Positions 1 to 10,941 are shown, counted from the stretch's first letter. The stretch: DNA of 64,000 nt from Halobacteriota archaeon (GCA_049287525.1 JBAQFZ010000059.1:3045-67044), one strand, 5' to 3'. Numbers and translations: made by a program. The notes: generated by a model from the letters alone, not told the origin.

Positions 1-250
1 TCGCCATATACTTCTTGTAGCCTCCTTTTCGGTAGCCACCGAGTGCTATCACGTGATGATACTCTATGCCGTTCTGATTCAAAACCGCTTCTATATTCGA
101 CTGCTTGAAATGCTTGAGTCTTGAGGTGGGGAATCGTCTTACATCCACGATTGCTTCCGTTTGGTATCTCTTGAGCAAGTTCAAGAAGTCGTATTCGCCC
201 CTTTTACTTGTTCCTATGGTCCATATATTCAACTTTTCGCGTGATTGCAT
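1..250 (-). CDS. DUF488-family protein (3' partial; the gene continues beyond the window start)
   Basis: Minus-strand translation from ATG at 248-250 gives MQSREKLNIWTIGTSKRGEYDFLNLLKRYQTEAIVDVRRFPTSRLKHFKQS...GIEYHHVIALGGYRKGGY, which matches the DUF488 signature (IWTIGTS / VDVRRFP / LGGYR). No stop is reached before position 1. Confidence 0.55.
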   Translation of the reverse strand, partial: MQSREKLNIWTIGTSKRGEYDFLNLLKRYQTEAIVDVRRFPTSRLKHFKQSNIEAVLNQNGIEYHHVIALGGYRKGGYKKYMA

Positions 251-271
251 CGCATCGATTCATATCATATC

Positions 272-643
272 TCACGCCCCCGTCGTCTGCGTTGCTGCAC
301 CTAAAGCTTCTCTCAACTGCTGCTGTAACTGTTGATATTTCTTCTGTACTCTCTCTTCCTGCCTCTCTAACGTCTTCACTCTCAAATCGTAAGTCTCCTT
401 CTTCTCAGACAGCTCCTCTTTCACCTCTTCTTTACCCACCTTTATCATCAACTGGCCGACATTCTTGTACACCATGGAGTTATCATCAAGCTTCCCTAAC
501 TCCCGTAATGCACTTTCTGAGTCCTTCAGCAGCGCCTCGACCTGCATCTTCTGCCTTGCCACAGCCTCTATCTGCGCCTTTAGCTGCTGTAGCTGCGCAA
601 GTTGACTTTGCAACACCGGTGGTATCTCACCGCTTCCACTCAT
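272..643 (-). CDS. pfdB: prefoldin beta subunit
   Basis: 123-aa coiled-coil protein with the LQ..QQL..Q...L..Q and KNVGQLMIKV...ELSEKKETYDLRVKTLERQEE motifs typical of archaeal prefoldin beta. Confidence 0.8.
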   Translation of the reverse strand: MSGSGEIPPVLQSQLAQLQQLKAQIEAVARQKMQVEALLKDSESALRELGKLDDNSMVYKNVGQLMIKVGKEEVKEELSEKKETYDLRVKTLERQEERVQKKYQQLQQQLREALGAATQTTGA

Positions 644-720
644 GTTATATCTCCTCTCTTTGTTTTATGATTGATATGGTTAATTTTATTCTTTTGCCTC
701 TTTATAAATATACTAGTAAC

Positions 721-2124
721 ATGCGAGCAGAGAAGGTAGGAATATTGATCATCGCATATGGCTCGAGATCGGCTGCGATGATAGATGCACTGAGCCGAAG
801 TGACAACTACAATGTGCAGTTCTTCGTCGCGGACAAACAGAGGAATCCGTTCAACGAGCAACAAGCAGCGAAGCACGTGGTCATTCCCAATCTGGATGTT
901 GCAAAGATATGCGACTTTGTAGAAGCGAATAAAGCTGATATAGATTTGGGGATATGTGGACCGGAGCAGCCGATAATAGATGGTGTTCGAGACGTAATTG
1001 AGCGTAAAACAGGTGCAGCGATGATCTGTCCCACGAAAAGATATGCGATAGAAGGGAGCAAAATTTCACAACGTATGCTAATTTGTGGATGTTGCGCAGA
1101 TGCGAATCCGATTTTTAAAGTATTCCCGCGGGCTGAATATGCAAGTGTAAGCGAAGCGAAAAGAGCTGTATGGCGATTCCTGGATGAAATTGGGGATGAG
1201 GTAGCGGTGAAACCGGATACACCTGCCGCAGGTAAGGGAGTAGGCATCTGGGGCGACCACTTCACGAGTAGAGAGGCGTTATTTGAGCATTTCATGTCTA
1301 TTTTTAAGAGTAGCGATGTGCTGATAGAGGAGAAGTTAGAAGGGGAGGAATCGAGCTTCCAGGCGTTCTGTGATGGTAAAAGACTCGTGCCGCTTCCGGA
1401 TACACGGGACTACAAACGCGCATTTGATTCCGATTCTGGTCAGAATACAGGTGGTATGGGCTCTTACAAGGCTAAAGAAGCTTGGCTGCCGTTTATGGAC
1501 AAAAAAGATAGAGAAGAAGAGGAGAAGTTGGTTCAGAAGATATTCCACAGACTTAGAGGTAACGGAAGCAATGACGAGTTGAGAGGCGTGCCGTTCTATG
1601 TAGGGTTCATGCACACCGCCGAGGGGGCAAAGATACTGGAGATAAACAGCCGACCGGGTGACCCGGAAATACTGAACATACTGCCCGTGCTGAAGGACGA
1701 TTTTGTGGACCTCTGCTTCCGGATGGTAGAAGGTAACCTCTCGCGATGTGAGTGTGAGGCTAAGGCGACAGTGGTGACGTATGCCGTGCCCATGAACTAT
1801 GGCGGTTACCGGATTAAATATAGTGGCGAAAGCCGTGTGGATTTGAGCGGTGCTCAGGCATTGCAGAAGAAATATCACGATACCTTGAGAATCTATCCGG
1901 GTTCTATGGAGATGAGGGCAGATGGATATGCGTACGCGCTTGGTTCAAGAACGGTTTGCACCGTGGGTATCGGCGATTGCATAGAAGAGGCGAGAGCGAT
2001 TTCCTTAGATGGCATTAGAAACATAGACGGTGCGTTGTGGAATAGATGGGATATTGGTGCTAAGGAGCATATAGAGCGAAGTGTTAGACGGATGAAGGCG
2101 TTGCGAGGGAGAAAAAAAAGATAG
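721..2124 (+). CDS. purD: phosphoribosylamine--glycine ligase (GAR synthetase, ATP-grasp)
   Basis: Starts MRAEKVGILIIAYGSRSAAM and carries the ATP-grasp motifs AVKPDTPAAGKGVGIW and EESSFQAFCDGK. The ORF-track start at 208 is an in-frame upstream extension overlapping pfdB; the real start is ATG at 721. Confidence 0.88.
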   Translation: MRAEKVGILIIAYGSRSAAMIDALSRSDNYNVQFFVADKQRNPFNEQQAAKHVVIPNLDVAKICDFVEANKADIDLGICGPEQPIIDGVRDVIERKTGAAMICPTKRYAIEGSKISQRMLICGCCADANPIFKVFPRAEYASVSEAKRAVWRFLDEIGDEVAVKPDTPAAGKGVGIWGDHFTSREALFEHFMSIFKSSDVLIEEKLEGEESSFQAFCDGKRLVPLPDTRDYKRAFDSDSGQNTGGMGSYKAKEAWLPFMDKKDREEEEKLVQKIFHRLRGNGSNDELRGVPFYVGFMHTAEGAKILEINSRPGDPEILNILPVLKDDFVDLCFRMVEGNLSRCECEAKATVVTYAVPMNYGGYRIKYSGESRVDLSGAQALQKKYHDTLRIYPGSMEMRADGYAYALGSRTVCTVGIGDCIEEARAISLDGIRNIDGALWNRWDIGAKEHIERSVRRMKALRGRKKR

Positions 2125-2182
2125 GGTAATGGATACATTCGTGATGTAAATCCACCAGAACGATAGATAAAGCGTAGACCTG

Positions 2183-3049
2183 CTACTTCAACAACATCTC
2201 CGTTTTCTGAAGCGCCAGCAAATCATCAGTGCTCAACTTTTCACCATCTCTAAACCGCTCGTAAATACTCTTCGCCGCCTTTCGCGCTTCCACACGCTCT
2301 TTGAATCCCCAATCTTCCTCTATTTTTCGCCTCAACCCCGTTATTACGTGATTAAAGTCCTCTACGTCACGGATATATGTTAGATATTGCCGGTGTGCGT
2401 CATCCGCCTTCTCCTGTGCCTCTAAGAACTGCCGGTGTGCGTCATCCGCCTTCCTATGTACCCTATCCGCTTCTTTAAAGCTCTCCACCATCTTATCATG
2501 GCACTCATGAGAGAGCTTCACGTGGCTTAACACCTCTTCGTGATATTTATCCGCTTCCTCCCGGTACTTTTGTGCACTCAGCAGCAATTCCTTCAACTTC
2601 TGGTCCTTCTCCCATTCCTTCTGCATCAGGACTAGCTCCTTCCTCAGCTCTGCAATCTTCGCCACCAATTTCCGCTCTTCATCTTTACTCAGCACCTCTA
2701 CCTGCTGCTTCAATTCTAACTCATCTATGCGTGTCCTGAGCCCTTCAAAAGTTCGAATGCTATGCATGTCATTCTTCTTCCGCAACTTCTCCACCATCGA
2801 ATAGTACTTAGACGCTTTTCTATTCAACTCGCCCCGATTTGCCTTATTCGCCTCTATTAAAGCTTCATATTCCTCTCTTTTCTTCTTAAAAATCTTCGCC
2901 TTCTCTACTTCCTCGCGGATTCGACCATTTAATTCGTCCCTTAAATCTGCCCACTTACTCGCCTCTGCATTCAATTCAGTCCTTCTTCTCTTATATTCTT
3001 CCGCTTTCTTTATTACTTCCGCTCTCTTTCTCTCTAATTCATCAAGCAT
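2183..3049 (-). CDS. conserved archaeal coiled-coil protein
   Basis: 288 aa, almost entirely heptad-like K/E/R-rich sequence. Contains an internal direct repeat KADDAHRQFLEAQEKADDAHRQYL. Confidence 0.55.
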   Translation of the reverse strand: MLDELERKRAEVIKKAEEYKRRRTELNAEASKWADLRDELNGRIREEVEKAKIFKKKREEYEALIEANKANRGELNRKASKYYSMVEKLRKKNDMHSIRTFEGLRTRIDELELKQQVEVLSKDEERKLVAKIAELRKELVLMQKEWEKDQKLKELLLSAQKYREEADKYHEEVLSHVKLSHECHDKMVESFKEADRVHRKADDAHRQFLEAQEKADDAHRQYLTYIRDVEDFNHVITGLRRKIEEDWGFKERVEARKAAKSIYERFRDGEKLSTDDLLALQKTEMLLK

Positions 3050-3160
3050 CCTTACATCTCACCGTTACCCGGCTCATCTCTACTTTCGCTGAACGCCCCC
3101 TTATCGCATCCTATTCCTTTCGCCTTTTATAACACTTAATCCCCAACCCTTTATAAATAC

Positions 3161-4432
3161 TTACATACTATACAACTCGGGATACTTATACGCATCACCC
3201 TCATCGAAACAATAAAGAACATGACAAAAATCACGCTTTAACGCTATAACTTCTTCCTTCACACGGTTTTCATCTTCGCCTCTTATCACCACCCGTGCTA
3301 TAAGAGTCGCGATCTCACGCATCTCCGATTCCTTCATGCCTATTCTCGTAAGCTCCTGTACGCCCAATCTGATGCCAGACGGTTTATCCGGGGCTTTATC
3401 GAATGAGAACATATTCTTATTTAATATTATATTCGCCTTCTCCAACTTCTTTGCGACTGCATCACCGCCGCCAACACTGCGCACGTCGACTGCAATTTGA
3501 TGCGACTCGGTAAACCCTTTATGTTCACATAACACCTCGAACCCTTCCTCGTATAGATACTGTGCCAGCGCTTTTGCATTTGATTGTATCTGTGCTGCAT
3601 ACTCCTTGCCAAATTGCATCATTTCCACCAGCGTAACTGCCAGTCCCGCGACATGATGCAGATGATGGTTGCTCACCGTTCCTGGAAAGACCGCTTTGTC
3701 TATTTCGTCTTTCAAATACCCTTTACACATGATTAGCCCACCCTGAGGTCCGGGGAATGTTTTATGCGTGCTGCTCGTGACTACATCCGCACCTTCGCGT
3801 AGCGGGTCTTGAAATCGCTTCCCTGCTATGAGCCCCAATACATGCGCGCCATCGTACAGGATCGTTGCACCCACTTCTTCCGCCGCCGCCCGGGCTTCCT
3901 GAACGGGATGAGGGAATAAGAATAGGCTGGCTCCAAACAATAATAGCCGTGGCTTATTCGCTCTTATCGCCTTCTCCATTTCAGCCACATCTATATTCAT
4001 CTCTTCCGGGTCGAAAGGGAACTTTTGCAACTTTAAATTCAGTATCCCGGGCACAGAATATTTCGCATGGCTTATATGACTGCCATCAGGCACCGACAGT
4101 GCCATTATTTTATCACCGGGAGAAGTAAGAGCAAATAATGCAGCTATATTCGCATTAACACCGGAAATCGGCTTTACATTCACATGTTCTGCATCGAACA
4201 GCTCTTTTGCATACTCTATTGCTTTCGCCTCTATCACGTCTATGTACTGGCATCCCTGATAATATCGGTTTCCCACATCTCCCTCCGCATACCTGTGCGA
4301 CAGGTCCGAAGCGAGAAGCTTTCTGACCGTACCGCTTGTCACGTTCTCACTCGCGATTAGCGGCAGTGCATGTTCATAAAGGTCAGTATGCCGCCGCACC
4401 GCTTCTATAATCGCTTCGATCTTATCCTGCAT
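3161..4432 (-). CDS. glyA: serine hydroxymethyltransferase
   Basis: Motifs LIASENVTS, SHRYAEG..GNRYYQGC and HVNVKPISGVNAN, plus the TSSTHKTFPGPQGG lysine/PLP loop. Confidence 0.9.
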   Translation of the reverse strand: MQDKIEAIIEAVRRHTDLYEHALPLIASENVTSGTVRKLLASDLSHRYAEGDVGNRYYQGCQYIDVIEAKAIEYAKELFDAEHVNVKPISGVNANIAALFALTSPGDKIMALSVPDGSHISHAKYSVPGILNLKLQKFPFDPEEMNIDVAEMEKAIRANKPRLLLFGASLFLFPHPVQEARAAAEEVGATILYDGAHVLGLIAGKRFQDPLREGADVVTSSTHKTFPGPQGGLIMCKGYLKDEIDKAVFPGTVSNHHLHHVAGLAVTLVEMMQFGKEYAAQIQSNAKALAQYLYEEGFEVLCEHKGFTESHQIAVDVRSVGGGDAVAKKLEKANIILNKNMFSFDKAPDKPSGIRLGVQELTRIGMKESEMREIATLIARVVIRGEDENRVKEEVIALKRDFCHVLYCFDEGDAYKYPELYSM

Positions 4433-4441
4433 AATTAGCTC

Positions 4442-5362
4442 CTATTTCCCTAACAGTATAGAAAGGATAGCCATTCGCACGGGAACGCCATAGAAAGACT
4501 GAGTGAAATATCTTGCGTTTCTTGTCCCGTCCACCGCCGCATCTATTTCGTACACCCTCGGCAGCGGATGCATCACCACCACCTCTTCATTCGCCTTTAA
4601 CATTTCGGTAGTTATGCGGTAAGTCCCGGCAACTTTGTTATATTCCGCGGGGTCTGGGAAGCGCTCTTTTTGTATCCTCGTTACATATAAGACGTCCACG
4701 TCCTTTATCACTTCTTTTATATCAGTATATTCAAAAGTTTCCGCGCCTGCTTCTTTTAAGTCGGATCTTATCTCTTCCGGCATCTTTAATGCGTTTGGTG
4801 ACACAAAAAATAGTGTTGCACCGTACAATGAGAGTGCATAAGCAAGAGAATGAACCGTTCTTCCATATTTCAGGTCACCTATTAATGCAATCCTTAGCCC
4901 ACCGAGCAGCCCTTCCCGCTTTATCGTGTATAAATCGAGTAAAGTCTGCGTAGGATGCTGCCCCGCACCGTCCCCCGCGTTTATTAGCGGTACTGAGGAG
5001 AACGAAGCAGCCATTCTCGATGCGCCCTCCTGCGGATGTCTGAGTGCAATCACATCACAATAGCCCGAAACCGTCCTTATTGTATCTGCTAAATTCTCGC
5101 CCTTCGCCACCGAACTCGACTCCTGTGAAGATAAGTTTATTACCGCTCCACCTAACCTCTTCATCGCCGCTTCAAACGATAGTCTTGTCCGTGTGCTTGG
5201 CTCGTAGAAGAGATTTGCCAGTAGCGTACCCGCCAGCAAATTGCCTCTTCTCTCTCCTGAGCCGCATGCATACTGCTCCAGCTCTTCTGCCCGGCTTAAG
5301 ATATAATCTATTTCTTCCTTTGAAAAATCGCGTATCGAAATGATATGGCTCTTTGTGAACAT
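4442..5362 (-). CDS. pyrB: aspartate carbamoyltransferase catalytic subunit
   Basis: IISIRDFSKEEIDYIL..., STRTRLSFEAAMKRLGG and HPTQTLLDL...GDLKYGRTVHSL are canonical ATCase motifs. Confidence 0.9.
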   Translation of the reverse strand: MFTKSHIISIRDFSKEEIDYILSRAEELEQYACGSGERRGNLLAGTLLANLFYEPSTRTRLSFEAAMKRLGGAVINLSSQESSSVAKGENLADTIRTVSGYCDVIALRHPQEGASRMAASFSSVPLINAGDGAGQHPTQTLLDLYTIKREGLLGGLRIALIGDLKYGRTVHSLAYALSLYGATLFFVSPNALKMPEEIRSDLKEAGAETFEYTDIKEVIKDVDVLYVTRIQKERFPDPAEYNKVAGTYRITTEMLKANEEVVVMHPLPRVYEIDAAVDGTRNARYFTQSFYGVPVRMAILSILLGK

Positions 5363-5512
5363 CCTGCTATAAGAGTAGCCGTGTAGATAATAAAATTAAC
5401 GGGATGGATTGAATAAATAAATAAATAAATACAAATAAAAAGATAAAAATAGAGAAAATAAAAATAGGAGAGAAAAAGACCTATTCACCCTAAAACTTCC
5501 GCTTCTTCTCCC

Positions 5513-5791
5513 TTACGCCTTTGTCTTCATTGTGATTTCCATCGAGGAAACGTTCGCTTTATCTCCTCCTTCCCCTTCTATCACTTCCGTCCCTATTTTT
5601 ATGTCCTTTATCTCTACGCCGGGCATAAACTTATTCTTCACCACTTCCGCGGTATCCACAGCCCTTGAGATCGCTCGTCCTCTCGCTTTTATCACTACAT
5701 CGCCAAAACCGCTGTTGAACTGCGTCACTACTGCCAGGACATAACTCATTACGGGTTTGTTTCCGACATATATCACGTTGTCTTCTGCCAT
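5513..5791 (-). CDS. albA: DNA/RNA-binding chromatin protein Alba
   Basis: [25 protein letters not shown]...[24 protein letters not shown]. The real start is the internal Met; the ORF-track start at 5854 adds a hydrophobic N-extension. Confidence 0.8.
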   Translation of the reverse strand: MAEDNVIYVGNKPVMSYVLAVVTQFNSGFGDVVIKARGRAISRAVDTAEVVKNKFMPGVEIKDIKIGTEVIEGEGGDKANVSSMEITMKTKA

Positions 5792-5856
5792 TTTTGCATC
5801 ACCTGAAAGTAAATACAAGGAGCATATATAAAAAACTTTCCAAGCGGTTGGCACTC

Positions 5857-6261
5857 TCAGTTATCGCTATTAATATTTACCTTCTTGCCATATCTCTCCT
5901 CAGGCTCGAATACCTTTTCCACCACTATCTCACCGTCTATCGTGCGGTAGAAACACGACCGATAGCCCATATGGCATGCTGCACCCCCGATCTGCTCCAC
6001 CTTTAACAGTACTGCATCGCCATCGCAATCTAAAAAGATATCCTTTATCAACTGCTCATTGCCCGAAATTTCGCCCTTTCGCCAGAGCTTCCCCCTGCTT
6101 CGGCTCCAGTAATGCGCTTTCCCCGTCTCTATACTGAGTCGCAACGCCTCTTCGTCCATGTATGCAAGCATGAGCACCTCTCCTGTTTCGTAATCCTGCG
6201 CTATTGCAGCTATCAACTTCTTCTCCTCTTTTCCCCCTGCTACTACCATCTTTCGCTTCAC
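5857..6261 (-). CDS. hisI: phosphoribosyl-AMP cyclohydrolase
   Basis: Motifs [45 protein letters not shown] and [28 protein letters not shown]. Confidence 0.85.
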   Translation of the reverse strand: MKRKMVVAGGKEEKKLIAAIAQDYETGEVLMLAYMDEEALRLSIETGKAHYWSRSRGKLWRKGEISGNEQLIKDIFLDCDGDAVLLKVEQIGGAACHMGYRSCFYRTIDGEIVVEKVFEPEERYGKKVNINSDN

Positions 6262-7157
6262 TTCCCTTTTCCGTCTTTGCCCATCAACGCAGCCAGCATC
6301 TCTTTCTGTAATGTCACGATTAAATCGCCAATCAAGCCAAATATGAGGAACTGGACGCCGGAAATGATCATCAAAGAAGTAAAGACGGTGAGAGGTACGT
6401 GTGTTATCCTATTTAACCACTCTAATACGACATAACAGCCAGAAATGACGCCGATAGTTATGAAAGATAAGCCAATGATACCGAAATAGAAGAGGGGGTT
6501 ATGCGTCTTCGCAAGCACGTAGAGCGTATAGGCAATCCGTGGCCCGTCCCTAAAGAAATTGAGCTTTGACTCGCCTTTCCTCTTCTTATAGGTAATAGGG
6601 ACTTCTTTTAGCCGGATACCTTTCTTTACCGACTCTATTACCATCTCGGCTTCTATTTCAAACCCCTCTTTCACAAGGTTCATCTCTTTTACCGCCGTAT
6701 TCGAGAACGCACGGTAGCCCGACAATATATCATTCAATTTTAAACCATAACCAAAGCTGAATACACGGTTCAATACCCAGTTGCCGAACCGGTGAAATCT
6801 TACAAATGCACCACCATACGCGAATCGGTTACCAATCACGTGGTCCGCCTCACCGTTGTATATCGGTTCAAGCAATTTATGGGCCTCCGAAGGTGAATAG
6901 GTACCATCTCCGTCAATCATCACTATTAAGTCACTTTCTATCTCTTCAAACGCCTGTCTGACCGCGTTACCTTTTCCCTTACCGCGCTGAATTTTCACGC
7001 TTGCCCCTGCTCTCTGCGCTATCTCCCGCGTTGCGTCTGTGCTATTACCATCAATCACGAATATATTCTTGAATCCTTCACTTTTGAACTCGCCTATTAG
7101 CTCGCCTATCGTCACTTCTTCGTTCAGCGTTGGTATCAGAATACATACGTCGCTCAT
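6258..7157 (-). CDS. family 2 glycosyltransferase (dolichyl-phosphate sugar synthase-like, C-terminal TM helices)
   Basis: [18 protein letters not shown]...[15 protein letters not shown] and [10 protein letters not shown] (DxD), with a C-terminal hydrophobic tail. The start overlaps the hisI end by 4 nt. Confidence 0.78.
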   Translation of the reverse strand: MSDVCILIPTLNEEVTIGELIGEFKSEGFKNIFVIDGNSTDATREIAQRAGASVKIQRGKGKGNAVRQAFEEIESDLIVMIDGDGTYSPSEAHKLLEPIYNGEADHVIGNRFAYGGAFVRFHRFGNWVLNRVFSFGYGLKLNDILSGYRAFSNTAVKEMNLVKEGFEIEAEMVIESVKKGIRLKEVPITYKKRKGESKLNFFRDGPRIAYTLYVLAKTHNPLFYFGIIGLSFITIGVISGCYVVLEWLNRITHVPLTVFTSLMIISGVQFLIFGLIGDLIVTLQKEMLAALMGKDGKGK

Positions 7158-7168
7158 TAGATTAGCAC

Positions 7169-7636
7169 CTATTTCTCTTCCTGCCCTTCCTTGCTCAGCA
7201 CCCTTACGCTATCCCCCCTTACGGTGACTGGTATCGGAACCATCGCCTCAAATAGTTCAATGGTGAGTTCTTCATGCGATTCATCTACTTTCTTCACACG
7301 TGCCTTCTCGCCTTTAAAAGGGCCCGAAATGATCTCTATTATGTTCCCTTCATTTATCCCGGTTACTGATGGTTTAGGTGTGAGAAAATGCGCTACCTCC
7401 TCAAATCCCGTACCTCCCTTGATCAACCCCCTTGCATGTTGTATGTTCTGGATTATTTGCTCTATCATCTCCGGGAAAGAAGCTTCTATCAACACATACC
7501 CCTTAAGCTCATCGGGCACTAAAATCGCCTTTATGCCATGCTCTTGCTTATCCATCCCCCGGATAGAGCTCAGTATCTGATTAGCAACCGCTTGCTCTTG
7601 ATTTACCGTTGTCTTCACTGTATAAATCACTGTCAT
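7169..7636 (-). CDS. spt5: transcription elongation factor Spt5 (NusG homologue)
   Basis: NGN domain (VIYTVKTTVNQEQAVANQI...GYVLIEA) plus KOW (GPFKGEKARVKKVDE). Lies in the conserved ftsZ-secE-spt5 block. Confidence 0.85.
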   Translation of the reverse strand: MTVIYTVKTTVNQEQAVANQILSSIRGMDKQEHGIKAILVPDELKGYVLIEASFPEMIEQIIQNIQHARGLIKGGTGFEEVAHFLTPKPSVTGINEGNIIEIISGPFKGEKARVKKVDESHEELTIELFEAMVPIPVTVRGDSVRVLSKEGQEEK

Positions 7637-7639
7637 AAC

Positions 7640-7867
7640 TCAAAACCCCTTCGGTATAACGGTCATCAAAAGGTATATAGAGAACCCTATGAGACCAATC
7701 AACGCCATTGCAACACCAGCAATCTTTGAAATCTTGATGAACTCATCCCTTTTCGGCCTCGTTGCCAATTTCAGTATCCTTACATACTCCATTAACGCCT
7801 TTGAGATGAACTCAGGATTAATTTTTTCCACAATTTCTTTCAGACCTTCTTGCATTATAGACCTCAC
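7640..7867 (-). CDS. secE: protein translocase subunit SecE / Sec61-gamma
   Basis: 75 aa; YVRILKLATRPKRDEFIKISKIAGVAMALIGLIGFSIYLLM is the SecE TM anchor. Conserved position between ftsZ and spt5. Confidence 0.72.
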   Translation of the reverse strand: MRSIMQEGLKEIVEKINPEFISKALMEYVRILKLATRPKRDEFIKISKIAGVAMALIGLIGFSIYLLMTVIPKGF

Positions 7868-7881
7868 CTACATCTCGGTAT

Positions 7882-8955
7882 TTACTGCACTATTTCTATG
7901 CCATATCGCTCCCGTTTCAAGTCCCTTCGTGCGTATATCTGTTCGGATTTAACTCCCGTAACCACAAGCAGGGTTCGCATCATGTTCTTCAAATCCGGAT
8001 TTATCTGCACACCCCAGATTATCCTTGTCTCCGGGTTCATCAGTTTGTACACTTCCTGAAGTGACCCTTCTGCTTCCGCTACTGTCATGTCCTCCCCACC
8101 AGTTACATTGATCAGCGCGGCTTTCGCATCTGTCACATCCACCTCGAGCAACGGCGAGCTTAACGCTTTTTTAACCGATTCTACCGCTTTATCCTGACCG
8201 TCTGATTCGCCAAAGCCGATCATCGCCATCCCGCCGTCCTTCATCACCGTTCTCACATCTGCGAAGTCCAGATTTACAAGTCCCGGCTTGGTTATCAACT
8301 CCGTTATCCCCTTGACTGACCTCATCAACACTTCATCGGCTACTCTAAAAGCCTCGTTTAACGGTAACCGTGGCACTACCTCCAATAACTTGTCATTTGG
8401 TATCACGATTAAAGTATCAGTATTTTCACGCAGTTTATCGAGTCCAATCTCGGTGTTCTCTATTCTTATGTTCCCTTCGGCACTGAAAGGTAATGTCACT
8501 ACACCTATGGTAAGAGCGCCCGCGTACTGTGCTGCCTCTGCCACTACTGGCGCTGATCCCGTGCCTGTGCCGCCACCCAATCCACAGGTTACAAATACCA
8601 GGTCCGCATCTTCTACCATAGACTTTATTTCCGCTTCATTTTCCCTCGCCGCCTCCTCACCTAACTTCGGAATACTGCCCGCACCCAACCCCTGCGTTGT
8701 CCGCCTCCCTATTAATAACTTCCGCTCTACCTTTGAAAACAACAAATGTTGGGCATCTGTGTTCAAAGCAAATAGCTCGGCGCCAAAAATACCCTCCTCC
8801 GTCATCCGCTGTATCGTATTGGTCCCGCTTCCACCGCATCCAATTACCTTTATAATCGTCTTTGACCTTCCCAATATCGTCTCCAGGTCCTCATTCTCTA
8901 CTGTATCCATTCCTTCTCCCTCAGAAATCACTTCGCTCCCCATTTTTTGATTCAT
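7882..8955 (-). CDS. ftsZ: cell division GTPase FtsZ
   Basis: [17 protein letters not shown], the tubulin signature [14 protein letters not shown], and NTD/T7 loop motifs. Confidence 0.92.
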   Translation of the reverse strand: MNQKMGSEVISEGEGMDTVENEDLETILGRSKTIIKVIGCGGSGTNTIQRMTEEGIFGAELFALNTDAQHLLFSKVERKLLIGRRTTQGLGAGSIPKLGEEAARENEAEIKSMVEDADLVFVTCGLGGGTGTGSAPVVAEAAQYAGALTIGVVTLPFSAEGNIRIENTEIGLDKLRENTDTLIVIPNDKLLEVVPRLPLNEAFRVADEVLMRSVKGITELITKPGLVNLDFADVRTVMKDGGMAMIGFGESDGQDKAVESVKKALSSPLLEVDVTDAKAALINVTGGEDMTVAEAEGSLQEVYKLMNPETRIIWGVQINPDLKNMMRTLLVVTGVKSEQIYARRDLKRERYGIEIVQ

Positions 8956-9039
8956 CGTCCCTACTCCCGCTTCTAATCACAATAATAAGAGAAGAGTAAA
9001 GATAAAAAGTATTTCACTTGATAACAGTTCCTCCAGCTA

Positions 9040-9122
9040 TGCGGAGGAGGGGATTCGAACCCCCGAACCCCTACGGGACAGCGACCTCAACGCTGCGCCT
9101 TTGTCCACTTGGCAACCTCCGC
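9040..9122 (-). tRNA. tRNA-Leu (anticodon GAG), long variable arm
   Basis: Reverse complement GCGGAGG-TT-GCCAAGTGGACAAAGGC-G-CAGCG TTGAGGT CGCTG-(14-nt variable arm)-GGGGGTTCGAATCCCCT-CCTCCGC-A. CCA is not encoded. Confidence 0.78.
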
Positions 9123-9187
9123 AAAGCAAAACTTCCCTCTTCAAGAAAGAAGAGCTTATTAAAGAAAAGCATTTTGCTACCTCTACT

Positions 9188-10396
9188 CTACGTCAGAAGA
9201 GTCTTCCGTGCCTTGTCTTCCACGATTGCCATCACATCCTTCAGGGGTACGCCCAGTTCTCTTGCAACTCGCTTTGCATCTTCAAATTCCGCTGCTACGT
9301 TTAGCAAATCCCCCCTTGCATCTCTGCCTATTTTCACGCATACTTCTCGCTCTACACCCCTTACGCGTACCAACACCCTCTTCTGCTCTCGATTTGCGAT
9401 AAACCTGTGTCTTACTTGCATAACGCGAACACCTAACGACCCTGTTTCTGCCATTATTCGATGTGCTATGCGTGAGACGTCCTTTGGTGCGGTAATCACC
9501 TGGATAATGTGACCGCTTCTGCCCTTCTTCATCAGCGTGGGTACAATGGCTACCTCTTTCGCGCCGTCTGCCATCAGAACTTCAATCAGATTGCCCATTA
9601 ATTCGCCTGTAACGTTGTCAACGTTTGTTTCCAGCACTTCGACCTCGTCGCTTAACAGGTATGTATCGGCTTCACACACGCTTGCTCTCAAGACGTTAGG
9701 CATTGGTAAGTCCCGAGAACCCGCGCCGTAGCCAGTCTCTTTAACACGTAAGGGCGGTAAGAACGGTACGGACTGCTGTACGAACTGCGCGAGAATCGCG
9801 GCACCCGTAGGAGTAAGTAGTTCGGATAAGGACGCAAAAGGACCACTTTGGTACAATAAGGACGCTCTTTTCAATATTTCAACGGTTGCCGGTGCAGGAA
9901 CAGGAAGGAGCCCATCTTCCGTCTCCACAAATCCTGTTCCTACTGAAATTGGCATGCTTGCAATGCAATCAGCCTGAAAGTCCAAAAAAGCCATGCTACT
10001 CACTACTATGTCCCCTATTGTATCCATAGCACCGAGTTCGTGAAAAACCAACCTTTGCCTGGGCTCACCATGCACTTTCGACTCGGCATCTGCTAAAGTG
10101 TCAAATATGCTCAATGAATTGTCTATTATCTCCCTACGTAATCCACTATTCGCTATGGTCTTTACGATTTCCTCGTACGACTTCACCCTTCGCGCCTCCC
10201 ACTTATTGCTCTTACTCACGAATTGCACCTTTTTAGCCCGGATGCCTCGCTTTTCCACTTCTTTTACTTCCATGCTCAGGTCAAAGACAGAAATGGCATC
10301 CGCTACCTTCGATTCATCAATCCCTAAATCCAGTAGACTACCAATAATCATATCGCCTGAGGCGCCAGAAAAAGGTTCGAGTACTAATAGCTTCAT
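9188..10396 (-). CDS. larC: LarC-family nickel-pincer cofactor nickel insertion protein (DUF111)
   Basis: N-terminus MKLLVLEPFSGASGDMIIGSLLDLG is the DUF111/LarC signature; 402 aa. Confidence 0.75.
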   Translation of the reverse strand: MKLLVLEPFSGASGDMIIGSLLDLGIDESKVADAISVFDLSMEVKEVEKRGIRAKKVQFVSKSNKWEARRVKSYEEIVKTIANSGLRREIIDNSLSIFDTLADAESKVHGEPRQRLVFHELGAMDTIGDIVVSSMAFLDFQADCIASMPISVGTGFVETEDGLLPVPAPATVEILKRASLLYQSGPFASLSELLTPTGAAILAQFVQQSVPFLPPLRVKETGYGAGSRDLPMPNVLRASVCEADTYLLSDEVEVLETNVDNVTGELMGNLIEVLMADGAKEVAIVPTLMKKGRSGHIIQVITAPKDVSRIAHRIMAETGSLGVRVMQVRHRFIANREQKRVLVRVRGVEREVCVKIGRDARGDLLNVAAEFEDAKRVARELGVPLKDVMAIVEDKARKTLLT

Positions 10397-10487
10397 CTTA
10401 TTCTAACATGGATTTGAATGGATAGATAAAGGATTAACGAAAAAATAACGGTGAGTTTATATTAATAAAGTATTATATATACTGAAA

Positions 10488-10919
10488 GTGGAGAAAGCGG
10501 AAGCGATGTTGTCCCCCATACGGATTTTACATGTAGATGATGAACCCGCGGATTTGGAGATAGCGAGGATACTAATAAAGCGTGAAGTGAGAGATGATTT
10601 CGATATAGTGGGCGTGCGTTCTGCTAAAGAAGCGCTGGAAACGCTTGAAAGTGGCCAATTTGATATTGTCATCGCGGATTACTGGATGCCGGGAACGGAT
10701 GGTATAGAGCTATTAGCATCGCTGAAGAAGAGCGAGAAGTATGCACATCTGCCTTTTATTATGTTCACCGGAAAAGGAGGACCAGAAGTAGCTAAAGAGA
10801 GTTTTGAGAAGGGTGCAGATAGATATATTGCAAAGGGCGGGGACAGCGCGGCGAAGCAGTGCCATGAGCTGGTGAAAGCAGTGAAGGAGTTAGTGAGAGG
10901 GGAAGGGGAAGAAGAGTGA
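10488..10919 (+). CDS. CheY-like response regulator receiver domain protein
   Basis: ILHVDDEPADLEIARILI, DIVIADYWMPGTDGIELL and PFIMFTGKG carry the receiver Asp/Lys motifs. Confidence 0.8.
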   Translation: MEKAEAMLSPIRILHVDDEPADLEIARILIKREVRDDFDIVGVRSAKEALETLESGQFDIVIADYWMPGTDGIELLASLKKSEKYAHLPFIMFTGKGGPEVAKESFEKGADRYIAKGGDSAAKQCHELVKAVKELVRGEGEEE

Positions 10920-10941
10920 GGGTAACCTTCTGACGGTGTAT

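Noticed and set aside
208-720. The 5' part of ORF 208..2124, which would give a 638-aa PurD
   Set aside because: The N-terminal 171 aa are low-complexity Ser/Pro/Leu-rich and overlap pfdB on the opposite strand. PurD homology begins at MRAEKVGILII (ATG at 721).
8288-8950. 220-aa plus-strand ORF inside ftsZ
   Set aside because: It is antisense to a strongly supported FtsZ gene and has low-complexity composition, so it is a spurious shadow ORF. The same applies to 20356..20820 within cofE, 44575..44952 within the protease gene, 57435..58430 antisense to the cohesin linker, and 32708..33268 within gatE.
9018-9512. 164-aa ORF overlapping tRNA-Leu and the larC 3' end
   Set aside because: It overlaps a clear tRNA cloverleaf and is antisense to larC. 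It has no recognisable domain.
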